44,442 bases of DNA from the NCBI GenBank assembly GCA_003009755.1, contig PXUB01000028.1, forward strand, positions 1-44,442, in the 5' to 3' direction. The notes below the pieces were generated by a model. It made no database searches. It was not told the origin of the DNA and saw only the letters and a list, made by a program, of their open reading frames with translations. Each line of letters starts with the position of its first letter. The stretch's first letter is position 1. The position numbers were made by a program, and so were the translations under genes. Below are positions 41,401 through 44,442 of this stretch, in pieces. This DNA comes from Thermoplasmatales archaeon SW_10_69_26 (GTDB lineage Archaea > Thermoplasmatota > SW-10-69-26).

Positions 41401-42578
41401 CGCTCTCGCGTGACCAGGTCGTCCTCCTCCACGGTACCGAGGACGGATGGGAGCCCACCGACACCCGCCCTGTTGGGACCGAGGACGGAGAACGGGTGTT
41501 CGAAAGCGACGTCGATGCGTTCAGTCCGTTCATGCCGAGCATCGACACCCAGCCGCCCGATCTCAGCGACCGACAGCCGGCCCCCGACGCGACGACCGCC
41601 AATACCACGCCCGAGATCGGTCTCGCGTGGAGCGACAACCGCGAGCTCAACCTCTCCGCGGCAACGTTCGAGCTCGATGGCACCCAGCTCTTGGCTGAGG
41701 CCGACACCGAGGGCATCCGGTACACGCCCGCGGCCCCGCTCGCCGACGGGAAGCACACGGTCCGGGTCGCGATCGAGGACGAAAGCGGGTTCCCCGCAGA
41801 GGCGACGTGGACGTTCACCGTCGACGTGCCCGAGCCAGGACCGGTGGCGAACCTCTCCGCCAGCCTCCAGGCTGGGGACGGTGAGGAGGCGACCGTGATG
41901 CTGCGATGGTCGCCCGTCGACGACGCCGACGCCTACCGGATCCAGCAGGATGGCGACGTCGTCGACGAGGTGCCCGCCCAGACGCTGGACCCCTTGCCGG
42001 CATCCGGTCTCGTGCAGCACGAGCTGGCGGCCCCGAGCGAGGGCTCGGCCACCTACCGCGTCGTCGCCGTGAACGCCGCCGGCGAGACCGGCCCCGCCTC
42101 GGAGCCCGTCGAGACCGATGACCAACAGCTGGAACCGGCCGGCGAGACCGGCGCCCCGGACGCCTCCGAAGGCCTTCCCTGGGGCTACATCTTCCTCGGG
42201 ATGTTGGCGGCTGCCGCGGTCGCCGCCCCCGCCTACCGCCACCGCGACCGGTTGCGGGATCGGTGGTCCCAGGTCTCGGACCTCGTCCACGGCGTCTTCG
42301 TGGCCGACCCCTCGCTTCCCGCGACCCGCGAGCAGGCGCTCACCATCATCGACGAGACGCGGGAACGCTTGGAAGCCCTGCGGGCGGCGAAGGACCCGTC
42401 CGTGCTCAAGAATGCCGATGAGCGGTTGGCGAGCCTCGAGGAGGCCGTGCGCTCGGCGGAAACGGTCGACGAGATCGAGACCCACCTCGGGGTGCTCGAG
42501 GAGGAGATCCTCGAGCCGCTGGCCGACCACGAGCGAACCCGCGGTAGCAACCCGGAGGACGGCCACCAGGGCTCGTGA
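38409..42578 (+). CDS. Giant surface protein, C-terminal part (OB-folds, beta-helix, Gly24 linker, PGF-pre-PGF-like, Ig, FN3, TM anchor, helical tail); continuation of the 33609 gene
   Basis: Same frame as the upstream ORF, with no signal peptide of its own. Acidic composition resumes at STLTDLDDDG (38409). FESDVDAFSPF motif; C-terminal TM plus basic residues. Confidence 0.8.
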   Translation, partial: STLTDLDDDGTDEELVLNHSTEDVASVTVEGDNRSLSATLSAVNVDGDTGTLLDSRTVTAALGQAGDSFLTRWADGGVRVDRIVELGADEVSVEYDVEGAEGDLVLDQSLSTDGQEENGEILPTTWNATATPSLTVVSSHEEDLGSNNVQMAFRHDEAPHITFQPRSGVTLPDLWDRPADLHGSAVNLTGTVTSTYVDRFVLEKDGTGVLAHHNASDQLTRGDEVVVRGEVVHDLGGPHVEVANVTVTDQAPVPERSLPSDLGDAVTNNGNVRVGFTGEVVEEGQAAYAFETTNRTIPVYPWYRAGPPDLSTFEVHQIQGSLVDGPRGPGVLLDDFSFVPAHVGDIRLQDRTFDLGDLDTYTQQGDLVADNATVRVTNTSFVFDGGLGDRFALEMTNGSRLTLENASLSVSDPSVAATFANTTVSLLNSTMHGLDLASAESVDIEARNASLAVGGDPVVSSARLDLNASHLGVDGDLQLANGTTVHHANGSAHLGGNTEISADSQMELVNTSVKLGADDGTGGVLETAGQLQLADLDDQRLTHSGNAIVEAPANRSEPIALRATDSANLTIDRAVLTDLGAPNGTSMDAGFVIETDDAAITESEMEDFEDLFLVRDASPRISGNNMEHGRTAIEAVGGSQVLVEDNAIVRTDVGARLATEASAPTFTQNIFDDVGQGVVVEDGTASILDNAVHQTDEAGIRLVDAEPTIANNSFAFNRGSAIQAVDVDVDREDPGANESLVPTNNTFRRNPVDYEQRWTLSLDLTGTDGEPLTTGNLTIRNASDEPVIEGRPISSGNVTAELAAYTINATGVREDRTPHTVLVDTAEGQQTETVQAAPDATLSLDQIPVPTSSGSSGGGGGGGGGGGGGGGGGGGGGGGGSASPSVAPSEGEPAQVEGEASDEAGGTFTAEATVEGTGEVRIQMPEDSPVERVEVPVEQAGDIQTELVVHDDPPDAFPTPPTQAYMDTGTYLDLDVDGSAQTDETTVRFTVPEERLGSLSRDQVVLLHGTEDGWEPTDTRPVGTEDGERVFESDVDAFSPFMPSIDTQPPDLSDRQPAPDATTANTTPEIGLAWSDNRELNLSAATFELDGTQLLAEADTEGIRYTPAAPLADGKHTVRVAIEDESGFPAEATWTFTVDVPEPGPVANLSASLQAGDGEEATVMLRWSPVDDADAYRIQQDGDVVDEVPAQTLDPLPASGLVQHELAAPSEGSATYRVVAVNAAGETGPASEPVETDDQQLEPAGETGAPDASEGLPWGYIFLGMLAAAAVAAPAYRHRDRLRDRWSQVSDLVHGVFVADPSLPATREQALTIIDETRERLEALRAAKDPSVLKNADERLASLEEAVRSAETVDEIETHLGVLEEEILEPLADHERTRGSNPEDGHQGS
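40977..41048 (+). repeat. (GGN)24 poly-glycine linker
   Basis: 24 consecutive Gly codons with mixed third positions. Confidence 0.95.
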
Positions 42579-42630
42579 AGCCGGCCGCTTTCGCCAGCCT
42601 TGAAGGCCCGGGCCCGCCTATGAGGGCCCC

Positions 42631-43107
42631 ATGGCCCGGGCCCATCTGCTGGCCGTCCTCCTCTTCCTCGCCCTGCCCTTCGTCCCCGGCTGCACCGACG
42701 GCCCCACCGCCCCCTCGTCCGACGACGGGACGGGCAACGGCGAGGCGCGCACCTACGAGGAGTGCGACGCGATCGTCGTTCCCTTCGAGGCCAACGGCAC
42801 ACAGTGGGAGGCCGGCCGCATCTCGTGCGATGCCAACGTGCCTGGCAAGAACACGGTGAATCCCACCTGTGGCCAACCCGACGAGGTCGAGCTGTCGGCC
42901 GCCGCCAACCTGACCAGCGGCCACGTCCAGCTCGTCGTCGAAGACGGCACCGGCGAGCGGATCGTCGACCACCGGCTGGAGGACACCGACGGTGAGGCCC
43001 GCCAGGTCGCCGTCCCCTCCGGCGAGGCCGGCGACTGGACCCTCACCGGGGAACGCTTGGAGGGCTTCGAGGGTACCTACCGGGCCGAGCTCGCCTGCCC
43101 GACCTGA
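42631..43107 (+). CDS. Hypothetical lipoprotein
   Basis: Signal peptide ending in lipobox-like VPGC; beta-rich acidic domain with four further Cys. Confidence 0.75.
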   Translation: MARAHLLAVLLFLALPFVPGCTDGPTAPSSDDGTGNGEARTYEECDAIVVPFEANGTQWEAGRISCDANVPGKNTVNPTCGQPDEVELSAAANLTSGHVQLVVEDGTGERIVDHRLEDTDGEARQVAVPSGEAGDWTLTGERLEGFEGTYRAELACPT

Positions 43108-43125
43108 CGCGGCCGGGCGACGCCG

Positions 43126-43752
43126 TCACTCGTCGACGAGGCTCAGGTGCTCGGGCGGCACGCGCTCGCAGGTGAACACCGCCGAGCTGCGCCGGTGCAC
43201 GTCGATGCCGTGCTTGCGCACGCCGTTCACGTCGATCCGCAGGACGACGATGCCGTCCCCGTGGCGGAGGCCGACCTCGCGCGCCTGCGCGGCGGCCGGG
43301 CTCAGGTGAACCTCGCGCCGGCCCTGCGGCGTCAACCCCTCCTCGCGGATCGCCGCCCATCGCTCGCGCGTCGTACCGTGGTAGAGCTGGCCCGGCACCG
43401 AGCCCTCGTCCTTCTCGATCGCGACCTCGACCGAGTGCCCGTAGGTGGCTCGGACCCGGTCGCCGTCCCGCTCGAAGCGACCCTTCCGGTCGGTCGCCAG
43501 CACGGCTCGCACGTGGTCGACCCGCGCCCACGCGCAGCGGTCCCGGGCGGCCTCGATCAGATCCGCCAGCGGCGTCCATCCGGCGCGATCGAGATCGAGC
43601 CCGACGTCCTCAGGGAAGTGCCGCAGCGCGCCCGAGCAGAACGTCGACAACCGGGTGCGGTGCTCCTCTTCCAACAGCTCGTCGCCGCGATGCCCGCTCG
43701 TCGGGCAGTAGGCCTCGTCGAAGGGGCCGTGAGCGGGACAGCGTCGGAGCAT
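43126..43752 (-). CDS. kptA: RNA 2'-phosphotransferase (Tpt1/KptA)
   Basis: SGALRH, KGRFE, RATYGHS, LYHGT and VHLS motifs; N-terminal CxxHG..CP extension. Confidence 0.95.
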   Translation of the reverse strand: MLRRCPAHGPFDEAYCPTSGHRGDELLEEEHRTRLSTFCSGALRHFPEDVGLDLDRAGWTPLADLIEAARDRCAWARVDHVRAVLATDRKGRFERDGDRVRATYGHSVEVAIEKDEGSVPGQLYHGTTRERWAAIREEGLTPQGRREVHLSPAAAQAREVGLRHGDGIVVLRIDVNGVRKHGIDVHRRSSAVFTCERVPPEHLSLVDE

Positions 43753-43794
43753 CGACCCAAGGCAGCCGCGGCCCGGCGGAAGGTGCTTGCGCCG

Positions 43795-43965
43795 GGTGTC
43801 TCCACCGCTCGGCTCTCCGCCACTCGTCCTTCTCCGTGCCCTCCCCGCCGCCCTCCCTTCCAGCCTCCTCTCGCCTCCGTTCCTTCCCTCCTCTGTGCGT
43901 TCTCCGTGCTCTCTGTGCCTCTCTGGTTGGCTCTCTGTGCCCTCCGCTGGGCTCTGTGCCCTCTA
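43795..43965. repeat. Pyrimidine-rich tract with six CTCYGTGC octamers
   Basis: Copies at 43832, 43891, 43902, 43911, 43933 and 43952; A is nearly absent on the + strand. Confidence 0.8.
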
Positions 43966-44025
43966 CACCCCGATGTCCTTCCGCCGGAACCCGGCGATGC
44001 CGACGAGCACGAGCGCGGTCCCCAG

Positions 44026-44138
44026 CGCTAGACTGCCGGCTGTGCTTGGGTTAAGCTCTCGCCGCCCTCAGGCGGTGAAAGCGCGGAGCCGAGACGAAGG
44101 AGTAGCCGGAGGCTACTTCGATGGCGAAGGCGACAACG
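44026..44138. ncRNA. Structured non-coding repeat element, copy 2 (same orientation as 930-1041)
   Basis: Same ordered conserved blocks as copy 1. Equivalent hairpins have different sequence (CCGCC/GGCGG; AGTAGCC/GGCTACT). Confidence 0.6.
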
Positions 44139-44201
44139 CTTGGAAACCTCACAATTCGCAAGGATTGTATCATCGCCGCCTGAGGGCGGCCTCGCGTGGA
44201 G

Positions 44202-44320
44202 GCGCCGGTCTGAGGCGGGCAATCTTGCTGTACGAATCGAAGATTCGTACGCAGCCGAGATCGGTCCGGACGGCGGACCGATGCTCGGCCGTTGTCGCCC
44301 TCCGTCGAAAACCCAAAGGG
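44202..44320. repeat. Inverted partial copy 3 of the structured element, with two extra hairpins inserted
   Basis: 44202-44220 matches the reverse complement of 1046-1064 (18/19). 44290-44314 matches the reverse complement of 1017-1041 (22/25). Confidence 0.65.
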
Positions 44321-44323
44321 CGA

Positions 44324-44442
44324 GGGTCTGTAGTTGTGTCAGTCACCTGCGAACCGTTCGCCACAACCCCCGCTTGGAGGATCCCCCCTACCCGCCTCCA
44401 TGACCGACGAGATGAGTTTGACCGAGTTCTACGAGCGCTTCC
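44324..44442 (+). mobile_element. Probable left end and transposase N-terminus of an IS1595-family element (truncated by window edge)
   Basis: The ORF from ATG 44400 reads MTDEMSLTEFYERF, resembling the (M/S)LxEFxxxFP start of IS1595/ISXO2 transposases. Similarity to the repeat element stops just before. Only 14 codons are visible. Confidence 0.45.

Noticed and set aside
44050-44300. Integron attC site (GTTAAGC; ACAACG...CGTTGT)
   Set aside because: The interior does not form the single long imperfect hairpin with R/L boxes, and no cassette ORFs or integrase are visible.
43836-44403. Short ORFs across the repeat region (43836-44054, 44028-44222, 44140-44403, 44170-44364)
   Set aside because: They are translations of low-complexity and palindromic DNA with non-host composition.

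Overview
High-GC archaeal chromosomal segment with a strongly acidic (D/E-rich) proteome, TATA-like promoters and mostly short or absent leaders. This points to a halophilic archaeon; gene content and surface-protein style suggest Thermoplasmatota rather than Halobacteria (inference). Core genes are csaA, a LolD/FtsX-type ABC transporter, queC, ftsZ-secE-spt5, rpl11 (not followed by rpl1), a TrmB regulator, tsr3, a taw2/trm5-like gene, geranylgeranyl reductase, pth2, carAB, an alpha/beta hydrolase, a HAD hydrolase and kptA. Many secreted or surface proteins lie between them. Unexplained signals: (1) a dispersed structured non-coding element in two full copies (930-1041, 44026-44138) and one inverted partial copy (44202-44320), whose hairpins are conserved in shape but not sequence; the partial copy stops just before a probable IS1595-like transposase at the window edge; (2) a polytopic membrane protein with a C-terminal wHTH-like domain, then a perfect 12-bp palindrome, then a ~2990-codon giant surface-protein gene broken by two compensating 1-nt frameshifts; (3) a 58-aa CxxCG microprotein missed by the ORF track; (4) a hairpin and direct-repeat cluster interrupting spt5-rpl11. 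No tRNA, rRNA or CRISPR array was seen. All calls come from motif recognition by eye, without database searches.
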